Below are positions 40,659-49,848 of a stretch of 64,000 nt of DNA, one piece after another (position 1 is the stretch's first letter; each line of letters begins with the position of its first letter). A program made the position numbers and the translations under genes. The DNA comes from an uncultured Leptospira sp. (GTDB lineage: Bacteria; Spirochaetota; UBA4802; JAGODF01): contig CAZCYH010000020.1 of NCBI GenBank assembly GCA_964502925.1, forward strand, positions 442 to 64,441. The letters run 5' to 3'. The notes under the pieces were generated by a model. The model was not told the DNA's origin and ran no database searches. It saw only the letters and a list, made by a program, of their open reading frames with translations.

Positions 40659-43600
40659 TTATCGTGAAAACACTTTGCCGAGATTCCCGAAAATATCGAA
40701 ATACACCTCACCGTTAGGCCCGTTATATTGAAAGCCGAGCTTATCATATATTTCCCAGCCTGCATGATCCATTGACCGACTCATCGATTCAAGCATGCCT
40801 TCGTTCATTTCAATCAGGTCATCCCATAGTTGCGAATGAATATCGCTGATGAGAGGGTCGCCAAGAAATCGGTAAAGATCTTCAATTATTTCGCGGGCTG
40901 AATAATCTGTTTCAGCCGTGTGGACGATGTAATCCGCAAATCCACCGGGTCGCATGAAATCGCTTGAAAGAAGAGCTGCCATTCGCATGTTTTCACCCTG
41001 AGTAAAATCTGGATTGTTTGCCGAAATTTCCAACATCAAAGGCAGGTATTCTGTAATAATGGTTTTTACATCATCAGGATAAATCCAGTTTCCATCATAG
41101 TACGTCGAGGAAATACCAATAGTGTGGACAAGCGCTTTTATCTGTTCCTCGGTTGGATTAACTTTTGCCAGGCATTTATCCACAATATTAATAATATCTT
41201 CCATGACATTGTAGTTCCCTTTTGTTGTTCCATTGTTGGAGAGAAGTTCTCCAAGGCGGGAAATAGTATCATTAAAGAGGTTCCAGGATTTTCCCTCAAA
41301 GTTAGGATCCGAGATGTCCCTTTCGTCCGGGTAGGCTGCAAGTCCTGTACCCTGAAGGGTGGGGGTTTTATTATGCCCTATAAGCGAATGGAGAGATTTG
41401 TCGATGATGATGATGTCTTCGGGGCGGACCCCGCTGAAAGAATCGAAATGGCCATCGCCATCAGTATCCATGCCGGTAGCAAACATCCATGAAGAATAGG
41501 TAATGTTTTTCGGCGGCCTTCCGAGAATATCTACAACTTTGGTTTTGGTGAATTTCATTGAAGAAACGATTTGCTCAAGAGCGTAAAAGAGCTTCCGCCT
41601 TGCACCCCATGTCGGGTATGATGAATCAAAATATGCCGACGAGTAATCCATGTCGGGTGGGTCGTTGAATTTTTCGTCAGAAAGCTTCATCAAAAGTTTC
41701 AACACTTTGGTGATAAGCCTTGTTTTAGGGTTGTTGTCAGTCCCTCGTGGTCTTGAAACGTCGTATTCGGTCAATAGCGCCAGTACTCCATCGCAATGTC
41801 CGTCTGGTGATGCAACATCTGAATCGATGAGCAGATTTAATGGAGTTCTCATCGCCATGGGCTGATAAAAATTTCGCTGTTTCCAGCCACCCCAATAAGA
41901 ACGATCGGAATCAACTTCATGGCTGCGAATATGTATCCTTCGATGATGGGGCATATTGTCTGGATTTGTGTAGCCATAGTTCGGATTGGTAACCGTGCCT
42001 CCGGTTATTCTTGGTATCCACGTGTTGACGGTGGTTTCGGTACCGCCCTTTGAGTATCGGTAGTAAAAGCGCGGCAGAATGGGTATCATCATCGTTTCGG
42101 TGAATTTTTTCAAACGTGCAAGCGTTGAATCCCGATTTGTTTTGTCGGCAAAGTTCTTGTTTTGATGATCAAGGACAGTGCCAAGCATTGTTATTATGAG
42201 CGGGAGAAGGGTGTTGCGCTTGTTCCAACGGTCATCGCCCACGGTGAAACCGTAATTGCTGTTGGGATCCGAAATTCTCCTGGAACCGAGAGCGTAGTGA
42301 TTTTGATCATTATTCGCACCGGCTTTATAATATCGCGGAAATCCAAAACGGAAAACACCAGGGGCATTATGTGCCACCAGCGGTGGATTTACGGTTCCGT
42401 TAGCCATCGAGCCCCACACGGTCTCGTACGATATGATGGCATCACCTTTGAAATTTTTCATACAGATGCGGTAATCCCCTGGCCAGGGAGAGGTGTTGTC
42501 AGTATTTCCTGCAATTGCCCAATAGTCCGCATTGGAAGCATATTTCCTTGCCGATGTTAATCCAGCAATACCGTTTCCTTCCACAACCTGAAATACTCCG
42601 GCATGGGCTAGTGAAAGTCCGGTCAGAGCCAGCGGCACAACAATGGCGAATTTCTTTTCTGTCATGATCCACTGATAATTTCTGAATATTGCTTCTTCAT
42701 GAGAGGCACAGGCGCGGTTGGGGTCGTCTTCGCTGATTAGTTCATTGAAAACGAAGCGGCCTGCTTCAAGGGAATCTCTCTGTGAAGAATTCTCCGCAAT
42801 TCTTTCAGGTGTAATGTACCATTTATTAAATAAATCATCAACAACCTGGATCATATAAAAGTCTGAATACCATTTCGCTCGATATCTGTTCCATCGTTCA
42901 AAGGTTCTTCCAGAAATTCCTTTTCCAAGATAATAGGTGCTGAGATCAGCCGCATTATCCACATTCCAGTTTACTTCTTTGTCGTCCCCATCTGCGGGAT
43001 AAAGATATAGATATGGTTCGTCTATGCTTTTGAGCATATACGCCTTCCCGTTTGGCCTGTAGTACATATAAAATGTCCTGTCTTTTGCAGCTGAAGTACG
43101 TTCAACCTTAAGCGACGATATCACATCGTTACATCCTCTATTGGTAAGATTACTTTCATCGGAGGTGAAGACCCAGGACGAGCCTCCGTAATTGTCATTT
43201 TGATATGCGGTGACTTTGAGACCAGCCGGAACTTTAATTGATGAAAGGTCGTCATTGCCAATACCATAGGATCTTAATGCTGCCAAATCGTAATTGCCTA
43301 TCTTCAGTTTGGCAGAATACCCTCCGTAATTTGCATGCTGGAACACTTCAACCCGGTCCAGCGAGGCGGTGTTGAAGGTGACCGTTTCTACCTGGTTCCC
43401 TGCTTTTGCTGGATCATAATAATACGGACCCTCGCCATTCCAACAAGCCCGCACCATCCAATACAATGTGTATCGGGACATGTTTGTGTCGCCAAAGCCG
43501 TCGGGAGTGAAAGGTTCGTATGTATCGTCGTTACTGTTGTATGCGCCTCCATTGGGATTACCACCTGTAGGAATGCCAACATCTCCCTGCGAATACCCAC

Positions 43601-44318
43601 TCATAAACTTCTGGGCTGGCCAGTTTTGCGTATAGCCAAATTGAAAATTTGAGCGCTGGCCATAGGTAAATCTTGTTTTTGCGCTTCTGGAAATGCGGCT
43701 TCTTAAATTGTCGAATGCAAGTCCGTAGGTATTGTTGCCACATGTTTCGGATCCTCCCATCGCAAAAAGTGAATCGTTAAAGGTGACATGCTCCACGCTA
43801 ATACCATGCCCATGCTCACGGTTTGGATCACCATCGTCCGTTATTTCACCGTTTTGTCCCCCGTCGTTCCAACCACCAGCCTGTGATGCAGCAGATAAAA
43901 ATAAAAACTGTTCAAGATAGGAGGTGGGATAGGCGTTTGATGTTTTTCTATCCCGACCATAGGTATCAAAGCGAATGAGGTCATAAATGCTTTCTTCGAT
44001 GTTTGCTGATTCGGGATCAAACCCGATATAGGCTAAATTTCTTATGAATTTATCGAGCAAATAGTTTTTGTGGCCAGAACTCTCATACTCCGGACTAGAA
44101 GTACTTTTGAAAGGATCCACGCTGCTGATGAGAGATTCGGGACGGTCCGACCTGGCAAAGTGGCCAAGATTTCCTATTTGCATCGTTAGAAGCAGGCGGG
44201 TCAGTTCACTGTTTGAAAAAATTGGCGTCGCTTGGATTGCCATTATACAGTGGAATGCCAACGCTCTGTTCTCCATGCTTACTTCCTCCAGCCGTGAAAA
44301 AATCTTCTGCTGTTTCAA
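40659..44318 (-). CDS. giant surface lipoprotein, cassette 2, main part (5' end frameshifted relative to 44206..45207)
   Basis: 1219 aa that align to the C-terminus of 30455..32248 plus all of 32294..34807 (e.g. YDLIRFDTYGRDRK / YDLIRFDLHGRDRK; YMYYRPNGKAY / YVYYRPNGLLY). Confidence 0.7.
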   Translation of the reverse strand: MKQQKIFSRLEEVSMENRALAFHCIMAIQATPIFSNSELTRLLLTMQIGNLGHFARSDRPESLISSVDPFKSTSSPEYESSGHKNYLLDKFIRNLAYIGFDPESANIEESIYDLIRFDTYGRDRKTSNAYPTSYLEQFLFLSAASQAGGWNDGGQNGEITDDGDPNREHGHGISVEHVTFNDSLFAMGGSETCGNNTYGLAFDNLRSRISRSAKTRFTYGQRSNFQFGYTQNWPAQKFMSGYSQGDVGIPTGGNPNGGAYNSNDDTYEPFTPDGFGDTNMSRYTLYWMVRACWNGEGPYYYDPAKAGNQVETVTFNTASLDRVEVFQHANYGGYSAKLKIGNYDLAALRSYGIGNDDLSSIKVPAGLKVTAYQNDNYGGSSWVFTSDESNLTNRGCNDVISSLKVERTSAAKDRTFYMYYRPNGKAYMLKSIDEPYLYLYPADGDDKEVNWNVDNAADLSTYYLGKGISGRTFERWNRYRAKWYSDFYMIQVVDDLFNKWYITPERIAENSSQRDSLEAGRFVFNELISEDDPNRACASHEEAIFRNYQWIMTEKKFAIVVPLALTGLSLAHAGVFQVVEGNGIAGLTSARKYASNADYWAIAGNTDNTSPWPGDYRICMKNFKGDAIISYETVWGSMANGTVNPPLVAHNAPGVFRFGFPRYYKAGANNDQNHYALGSRRISDPNSNYGFTVGDDRWNKRNTLLPLIITMLGTVLDHQNKNFADKTNRDSTLARLKKFTETMMIPILPRFYYRYSKGGTETTVNTWIPRITGGTVTNPNYGYTNPDNMPHHRRIHIRSHEVDSDRSYWGGWKQRNFYQPMAMRTPLNLLIDSDVASPDGHCDGVLALLTEYDVSRPRGTDNNPKTRLITKVLKLLMKLSDEKFNDPPDMDYSSAYFDSSYPTWGARRKLFYALEQIVSSMKFTKTKVVDILGRPPKNITYSSWMFATGMDTDGDGHFDSFSGVRPEDIIIIDKSLHSLIGHNKTPTLQGTGLAAYPDERDISDPNFEGKSWNLFNDTISRLGELLSNNGTTKGNYNVMEDIINIVDKCLAKVNPTEEQIKALVHTIGISSTYYDGNWIYPDDVKTIITEYLPLMLEISANNPDFTQGENMRMAALLSSDFMRPGGFADYIVHTAETDYSAREIIEDLYRFLGDPLISDIHSQLWDDLIEMNEGMLESMSRSMDHAGWEIYDKLGFQYNGPNGEVYFDIFGNLGKVFSR

Positions 44319-45207
44319 TTAATGTTTTAAATATGTCTTTGGGAGCTTTCTCACCTCCCGGCGTATTTAGTTTAATGCTAAAAATATTTCCGCATTCCCT
44401 GATGATATCGTGTAAATCTTCGCGAACGTTTTCGTCGCGCGTAATTGAAGTAAGAGCCATCAAAAGAGCATTCACGCCTTCAACAGCATTTCCAAGCCCT
44501 GTGTCGTAATCTGACTTGGGGTCGATATTTTCACGATCAGTGATAAGAGTGCCATTGATTCCCCCATCCAGCCAGATAGTGTAGTCTGCCTGAAGAAATA
44601 GCTTCCCGAGTGTCTCAAAATTTGAATCGAGTTCTTCTTTCAGATCGTTATCCAGCATCAAATCAATGTTATCTATGAGGAGGTTTTTAATGGTGAGGGG
44701 ATCGTAATAATCTAATTCATATTGTTCTGCTTTCCGAATAACGGAAAGAATATCGCTGCTTATACCAAGATCAGTATTCCTGACGGCATCAATAAATGCA
44801 TAAAGGTCCTGGGCATATCCGGTTTCTGGCGATGAGGTATGATAATCGAGCTCGTCTTGTTGTATAATTCGTTCGATGAGGCTTCGAATTTTTTGAAGTG
44901 TTTTTTGAAGAGGGCGGTCGCTGTGACCGATGAGTCGGTTGGTATCCTTCGTATTTTCGATATATTCATTCTTTCGTTCGTTTATGACACTGGAAAGGTG
45001 GTAATTAACAGTGTCCTGATCGAGGTGGTTAACGATGTCGTATAGAGAAGGATAATTATCGAGGAGGTCGAATAATTTATAATCATGCCCTTTATTGGCT
45101 TGAAATGTTCCCAATCCGGATTCGGAACAAGAGAAAAAACACATGAGGATAAAAGCAAAAAATATCCATTTGAACGAAGAAGTTTTAAAAGCCATAAAAG
45201 CCTCCAT
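44206..45207 (-). CDS. giant surface lipoprotein, cassette 2, N-terminal part
   Basis: Lipobox CFFSCSE. GHDYKLFDLLDNYPSLYDIV aligns with GYGYKLFDILDNYPSLYSMV of cassette 1. Overlaps 40659..44318 by 113 nt in a different frame. Confidence 0.65.
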   Translation of the reverse strand: MEAFMAFKTSSFKWIFFAFILMCFFSCSESGLGTFQANKGHDYKLFDLLDNYPSLYDIVNHLDQDTVNYHLSSVINERKNEYIENTKDTNRLIGHSDRPLQKTLQKIRSLIERIIQQDELDYHTSSPETGYAQDLYAFIDAVRNTDLGISSDILSVIRKAEQYELDYYDPLTIKNLLIDNIDLMLDNDLKEELDSNFETLGKLFLQADYTIWLDGGINGTLITDRENIDPKSDYDTGLGNAVEGVNALLMALTSITRDENVREDLHDIIRECGNIFSIKLNTPGGEKAPKDIFKTLIETAEDFFTAGGSKHGEQSVGIPLYNGNPSDANFFKQ

Positions 45208-45300
45208 ATTCTTAATAAATCTGTGAAGGGTAGATTGGCACATAAAAGATACATGAATTCATAATCCAAACTTTTCTGGGCGATAATAGTTTAGTAGTAT

Positions 45301-45328
45301 TTTTATGAGTGATTCATCACTCATAAAA
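45301..45328. promoter_or_regulatory. perfect 28-bp palindrome (candidate operator) upstream of cassette 2
   Basis: TTTTATGAGTGAT-TC-ATCACTCATAAAA. A degenerate second site GAGTGAGTAATCACTCAT lies at 45371..45388. Confidence 0.5.
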
Positions 45329-45514
45329 ATTTTAAAAAAAAGAATAATTATTTGAATTAGTTAGTATACGAGTGAGTAATCACTCATCTATATACATAAA
45401 AAATTAATCTAATATTAATAAAAACAATTACTATCGTCAACAAAAAAAACCGTCTATTCTGTTTTTTTGGAGAATATCATTATTGCAGATTCGCAGGTCA
45501 TAAAGACTCATCGA

Positions 45515-46747
45515 TCACAAAAACTCCAGAACCAGTAGCGTGATATCGTCCTCAATGGGCGCGCCCTGCGCGTGCTGAAGAACATCGGTGTAAATTTTAC
45601 GCGCCATGCCGTCTTCGTTTTTTTTGATGAATGATTCAGCTGCCTGCTTTAAACGCTTGTGGCCGTACATCTCGTGGTTTTTATCGAACTGTTCGATGAT
45701 GCCATCGGTGAAGAAAATCAGTCGGTCGCCCGATTCGAAATCGTATTCGGATTCATCGTACCGCGCTTCATCCAGAAGCCCAAGCCCGGGACCCGTGCCT
45801 TCAATATGAAGAAAAGAGCTATCGCGTGCTTTCCAGAAAAGCGGATGATGATGCCCGGCCTTTGCAGTGATGATCTTTCCATTTGAAATATCGATGAGAG
45901 CATAGTAGCTTGTTGCAAAAAGCTTGCGGGAAAGCACCTGGCAAAAATGCTGGTTCAGCTTCGTCATGAGCTGCGAGGGTCTGGTGCCGTAATCGGGTGT
46001 GAGCAAGGAAAATGCGCTTTTGAGAATGCCCGTGGCAAGTGCTGCAGTTACGCCATGCCCCTCAACATCGGCGATGATGACGGCGATGAGATCATCCCCA
46101 ATCTTTACGATATTCATAAAATCGCCTCCCACTTCAATGCAGGGATGGTAGATGAATTCGTGCCGGACGCGAGGATGAATCTGGCGGTTTTCTTCCATGA
46201 CGTCGGAGTTTATAAATATGCTCTGAATCTGCTGCGCCACCGAAAGATCGCGGTTGATGATTTCCAGTTCCGCGCTCTTTTCTCGAAGGGTGTGCTGAGA
46301 AAAGGTGATGTTTGCCAGCGCGTCGCGAAACCGCGCAAACGTTTCTTTGAGGCAATTTTTGTAGAATATGGTTGCAAGATCTCTGTTTTTTGCTAAAAGG
46401 ATATCGAAGTCTTTCTTATCGAGCTGGAAAATTTCGCTATCTTCAATGGTTGTGACGCTTGCCGAGCGCTTCAGATTGTCGATAAGTGAAAATTCGCCGA
46501 AGTAACTTCCGGCGCCAAGCAGACTTATGAATATTTCATCATCCTCTTCATCTGCTCTCGTGACCTTCACTGAGCCGCGCTTGATGATATACATGGCTTC
46601 GCCCGGATCTCCCTCGCGGATGATGGTTTCATCGGGTCGGCGTTGCAAAGGTTTGAGCAGCGGTGTAATTTCATCGAGCAGGGCTTCGTCCATTCCCTCA
46701 AATATCTTTATGCTTTTGAGTATTTTCTTAAGTTCGGGTGAATACAT
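45515..46747 (-). CDS. cNMP-binding domain - PP2C/SpoIIE-type serine phosphatase
   Basis: N-terminal cNMP-binding fold (GEFSLIDNLKRSASV) and a C-terminal PP2C domain (IADVEGHGV...FFTDGIIE). Confidence 0.8.
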   Translation of the reverse strand: MYSPELKKILKSIKIFEGMDEALLDEITPLLKPLQRRPDETIIREGDPGEAMYIIKRGSVKVTRADEEDDEIFISLLGAGSYFGEFSLIDNLKRSASVTTIEDSEIFQLDKKDFDILLAKNRDLATIFYKNCLKETFARFRDALANITFSQHTLREKSAELEIINRDLSVAQQIQSIFINSDVMEENRQIHPRVRHEFIYHPCIEVGGDFMNIVKIGDDLIAVIIADVEGHGVTAALATGILKSAFSLLTPDYGTRPSQLMTKLNQHFCQVLSRKLFATSYYALIDISNGKIITAKAGHHHPLFWKARDSSFLHIEGTGPGLGLLDEARYDESEYDFESGDRLIFFTDGIIEQFDKNHEMYGHKRLKQAAESFIKKNEDGMARKIYTDVLQHAQGAPIEDDITLLVLEFL

Positions 46748-46906
46748 TGGCTGCCTTCTTTTTTGAAAATTTACCGAACGCTGAAAATACGTTTATGAAA
46801 TATTTGCTGATTAATCAATCACTATTTTAAAAAAACTGATGCGAGGTATGATAGTGCAATTGCGGGTGCTTCTTAAAGTTTCAGAGTACCGTAGCGGTAC
46901 TGGTTC

Positions 46907-47251
46907 CTATATATGGCTGTACACGACCACGTCTAAATACAGATTTTTTGAACCTGCGTCTTTCCGAATGGTTTTCATGCCTTCCGCTGTGAATATAACA
47001 TCATAAAAAAGACCTGTATTATACACAAGGTGAGCAATTGTTTCCTTCATTTTTGCCACCTGCGCGTCATTGTCCCTGTTAAAAGCCCCCTGATTGCCCG
47101 ACCAGTAATTGATGCTCGCTATCACTGCAATCTTTCCTGTTTTGACAGGGCGGATGGAACGCTCAACTCTCGTGTTGGTCAGCATCAGATTGGCAGTACA
47201 TCCCCATGAAAATAGCAAAATGGCGATTATACACAGGATACTTTTTTTCAT
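46907..47251 (-). CDS. small hypothetical lipoprotein
   Basis: MKKSILCIIAILLFSWGCTA signal/lipobox-like N-terminus. No homology recognised. Confidence 0.4.
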   Translation of the reverse strand: MKKSILCIIAILLFSWGCTANLMLTNTRVERSIRPVKTGKIAVIASINYWSGNQGAFNRDNDAQVAKMKETIAHLVYNTGLFYDVIFTAEGMKTIRKDAGSKNLYLDVVVYSHI

Positions 47252-47334
47252 GAGATAATGCCGTAAAATATTATTAGCCGAAAAATACATATAATGAGCA
47301 TAAAAATATAAAAATACAATATCGCAATTAAAAA

Positions 47335-48048
47335 ATGATTTCTGTTGTAAAAAAAGAATTGTCGGGTTTGGCGATGGTATTCATAAGTTTTTTTATGAGA
47401 AGATTCTGTACCATGCTATTGTTAATTTTTGCAATCCATTTATTAGCGATTGCGCAGCCGCAGTCGCCCGTAGAACCAAAAGCGCCAGCAGTTGAACAAA
47501 AAAACGAATCGAATACACAAAACACCCTGCAACAGGATGACGAATCGCAGAAATATCCGGCTATTGTGGTTTTCGTTAATGGAAGTAAAATCCGCGGTAG
47601 CCTTCTTTTGAAAAATGAAAGAATTTCTGCGATCTGTTCATGCGGAAACGCGGCCTGTGAGTTGAATGAATTAATTGCGAGCATCAAACACATCGAATTT
47701 ACACATTGGAAGCGCGATGCCTCCTCCCGCCGCTTTCGTCACAGCGCGACCGTCATTACCCTGCGTGACGGCTCAAAGTTCAATTGCGCTCGCATTCCCG
47801 CTTTCGACCGCTTCGCGCTGAAGCGCGAGCGGAAAACGCACTGGTGTTATACGACATATTATGCTGATGCGAGCGATAAACAGAAACCCGTAACTACTAA
47901 GGTAAAAAAACGGCATAATGCCAAATCGCGGAGCGATGAATCGCCAAAGATGAAAACCGAACCCCATCCCGATGCAGTGCGAAAAATCGAGTTTCTTCGT
48001 GACGAGGGTAAAAGCATTTTCGATTTACTTCCGTTTATGATGAAATGA
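47335..48048 (+). CDS. hypothetical secreted protein
   Basis: Signal-like MRRFCTMLLLIFAIHLLAIAQPQ; the start may be at an internal Met (47374 or 47395). No homology recognised. Confidence 0.4.
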   Translation: MISVVKKELSGLAMVFISFFMRRFCTMLLLIFAIHLLAIAQPQSPVEPKAPAVEQKNESNTQNTLQQDDESQKYPAIVVFVNGSKIRGSLLLKNERISAICSCGNAACELNELIASIKHIEFTHWKRDASSRRFRHSATVITLRDGSKFNCARIPAFDRFALKRERKTHWCYTTYYADASDKQKPVTTKVKKRHNAKSRSDESPKMKTEPHPDAVRKIEFLRDEGKSIFDLLPFMMK

Positions 48049-48123
48049 AGGATGGTGAGCGAAGGCATAAGTGTCCCTCCCGGCATTATGTCTGTTAGTA
48101 GTACATGGATATTTTGCGTGTTG

Positions 48124-48609
48124 TTAACGGACGAACTCAGCGGCTAATAGCGCTGGGTCGCTGGGCAACCCCCACCAGATGTGAAAAACAGTCGCTTCTT
48201 CTATACATTTATCGTAAATTGCACAGCTTTTGTAGGGATAAGAATCCACTTCCTCGTCGTACGCACCGCTTTCAATGCGCTCCACGAGTGCTGGCAAATA
48301 CTCCATCACCGCGATCGCAATCACATGCGAAATCGACCTTCTAAAAAACCTCCGCATATCGTTAAAATAATCATATTCTCTTTCGAGGATTTTAATTTTC
48401 ACGCGGAATTTTTTAATTGGCATTCCATCTTTATCAAACCGGTTCTGGTATGCAATTCTTCCGTGCTCCCTTTCGTACTTTGCGTGATGCCGCATTGCAT
48501 AACGCATTACTGCTATTATTAAATCAATCATCGTCCATCCCGTACGCTTTTCGGCGTCTTTGAGTAGCAATAACACCTCCTGGGTCATCATGTAGGTTGT
48601 TTTGATCAT
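48124..48609 (-). CDS. 161-aa multi-copy family protein, copy 3
   Basis: MIKTTYMMTQEVLLLLKDAEKRTGWTMIDL... with the conserved upstream promoter TTGAAA-N17-TATTGT. Trimmed from ORF 48124..48711. Confidence 0.75.
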   Translation of the reverse strand: MIKTTYMMTQEVLLLLKDAEKRTGWTMIDLIIAVMRYAMRHHAKYEREHGRIAYQNRFDKDGMPIKKFRVKIKILEREYDYFNDMRRFFRRSISHVIAIAVMEYLPALVERIESGAYDEEVDSYPYKSCAIYDKCIEEATVFHIWWGLPSDPALLAAEFVR

Positions 48610-48823
48610 CATTCGGCCTCCAAATAGAATTATGTTCATTGACGAGCTGCATAAACAACAATACGTATGTATAGTATTTTTTTCAAGCACAAAATTCTCT
48701 CTGAGTTTCATCCAGAATTGTAATTGACGTAACTCTCAATGTCTGCTTTTTATATAACCAATTGATACATGGCTGCTATCTTTATCCTCTACAAAATTGA
48801 GGCACAATCGAAAGTTTTTTATT

Positions 48824-49651
48824 ATGAAAAGAAATTATTTTGACCGAAACGCCAGCTACAAAAAATCCTTTCTCATCGATATGGATGGCGTCATTAATAA
48901 AGGGCGCTCTGTCATCCCCGGAGCCGTGGAGTTTGTGGACCGTCTTAAGAAAGGCCGCTTCCCGTTTCTCTTCCTCACCAATAATTCATATTATACACCC
49001 ACGGAACTCCGTGAACGGATGGCCAGGCTCGGCATTGAGGTGACGGATGATCATTTTTATACTTCCGCAATGGCGACAGCAAGTTTTATTGAATACCAGA
49101 AGCCGAAGTGCAGCGCATACGTCATTGGCGGCAAAGGGCTTATTGCCGAACTGGTGAAAGTGGGCGTGACGCTGACCGATACCGCGCCGGATTATGTGAT
49201 CATTGGGGAAACCGACGAATACGATTACCGCAAGATCGTCGAAGCCACGTTCCTCATACAGGAAGGTGCGAAGTTCATTGCCACAAATCCCGATCTCACT
49301 GGCCCCACAAAACGCGGTCCGGTGCCTGCCTGCGGGGCGCTTGTCTCTCCAATTGAAAAGGTGACGGGGGTATCTCCGTACTTTTTGGGGAAGCCGAATC
49401 CGGCGATGATGTATTGGGCGCGGAAGAAATTGCGGGTCCATTCCGCGAACTGCTTTATGATCGGCGATCGCATGGATACAGATATATTGGGCGGCCTTGA
49501 AGCAGGAATGACGTGCTGCCTTGTGCTTTCTGGGGTGACGTCGATGAAAATGCTTCCGCGCTTTCCGTATCAGCCTGATTATGTGTTTGAGAGCGTGGCC
49601 GATATCGACCCCAAAACAATTCTTTCGCGGCGCGAGCGGGTGGTGCGGTAA
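48824..49651 (+). CDS. HAD-IIA subfamily phosphatase (NagD-like)
   Basis: FLIDMDGVI nucleophile motif, LTNNS, and the C-terminal GDRMDTDILGG motif. Confidence 0.8.
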   Translation: MKRNYFDRNASYKKSFLIDMDGVINKGRSVIPGAVEFVDRLKKGRFPFLFLTNNSYYTPTELRERMARLGIEVTDDHFYTSAMATASFIEYQKPKCSAYVIGGKGLIAELVKVGVTLTDTAPDYVIIGETDEYDYRKIVEATFLIQEGAKFIATNPDLTGPTKRGPVPACGALVSPIEKVTGVSPYFLGKPNPAMMYWARKKLRVHSANCFMIGDRMDTDILGGLEAGMTCCLVLSGVTSMKMLPRFPYQPDYVFESVADIDPKTILSRRERVVR

Positions 49652-49848
49652 TGCCCTTCGAGAAAATACCGGGATTTCAAGGCAGAATTTACATCCCGGA
49701 TGAACAATTGAGCCGCAGAAAAAAACATCCCTGCGCGGACTGCTTCTCATGCCAGTTCTGCGACGACGATCGCTGCCGCGTGTGCAGAAATGGCCAATGC
49801 CGCGATGTCAGCTGCGATGTGCGGCCATCATCGAATAAAGCTGATTGA
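49651..49848 (+). CDS. small Cys-rich protein, start overlaps the HAD stop
   Basis: TAATG overlap with the preceding gene. Eleven Cys in 65 aa (CADCFSCQFCDDDRCRVCRNGQCRDVSC). The 3' end overlaps the convergent aroF-type gene. Confidence 0.35.
   Translation: MPFEKIPGFQGRIYIPDEQLSRRKKHPCADCFSCQFCDDDRCRVCRNGQCRDVSCDVRPSSNKAD

Noticed and set aside
45395-45445. A-run/T-run inverted repeat (CAAAAAAAAC...GTTTTTTTGG) after the cNMP-PP2C gene as a terminator
   Set aside because: The stem would be pure A:T and too weak. It is probably a compositional artefact of the AT-rich spacer.
48840-49043. Small ORFs overlapping the HAD gene (48840..49043, 49108..49356)
   Set aside because: They lie in alternative frames inside the HAD-IIA coding sequence and have Arg/Ser-rich composition.
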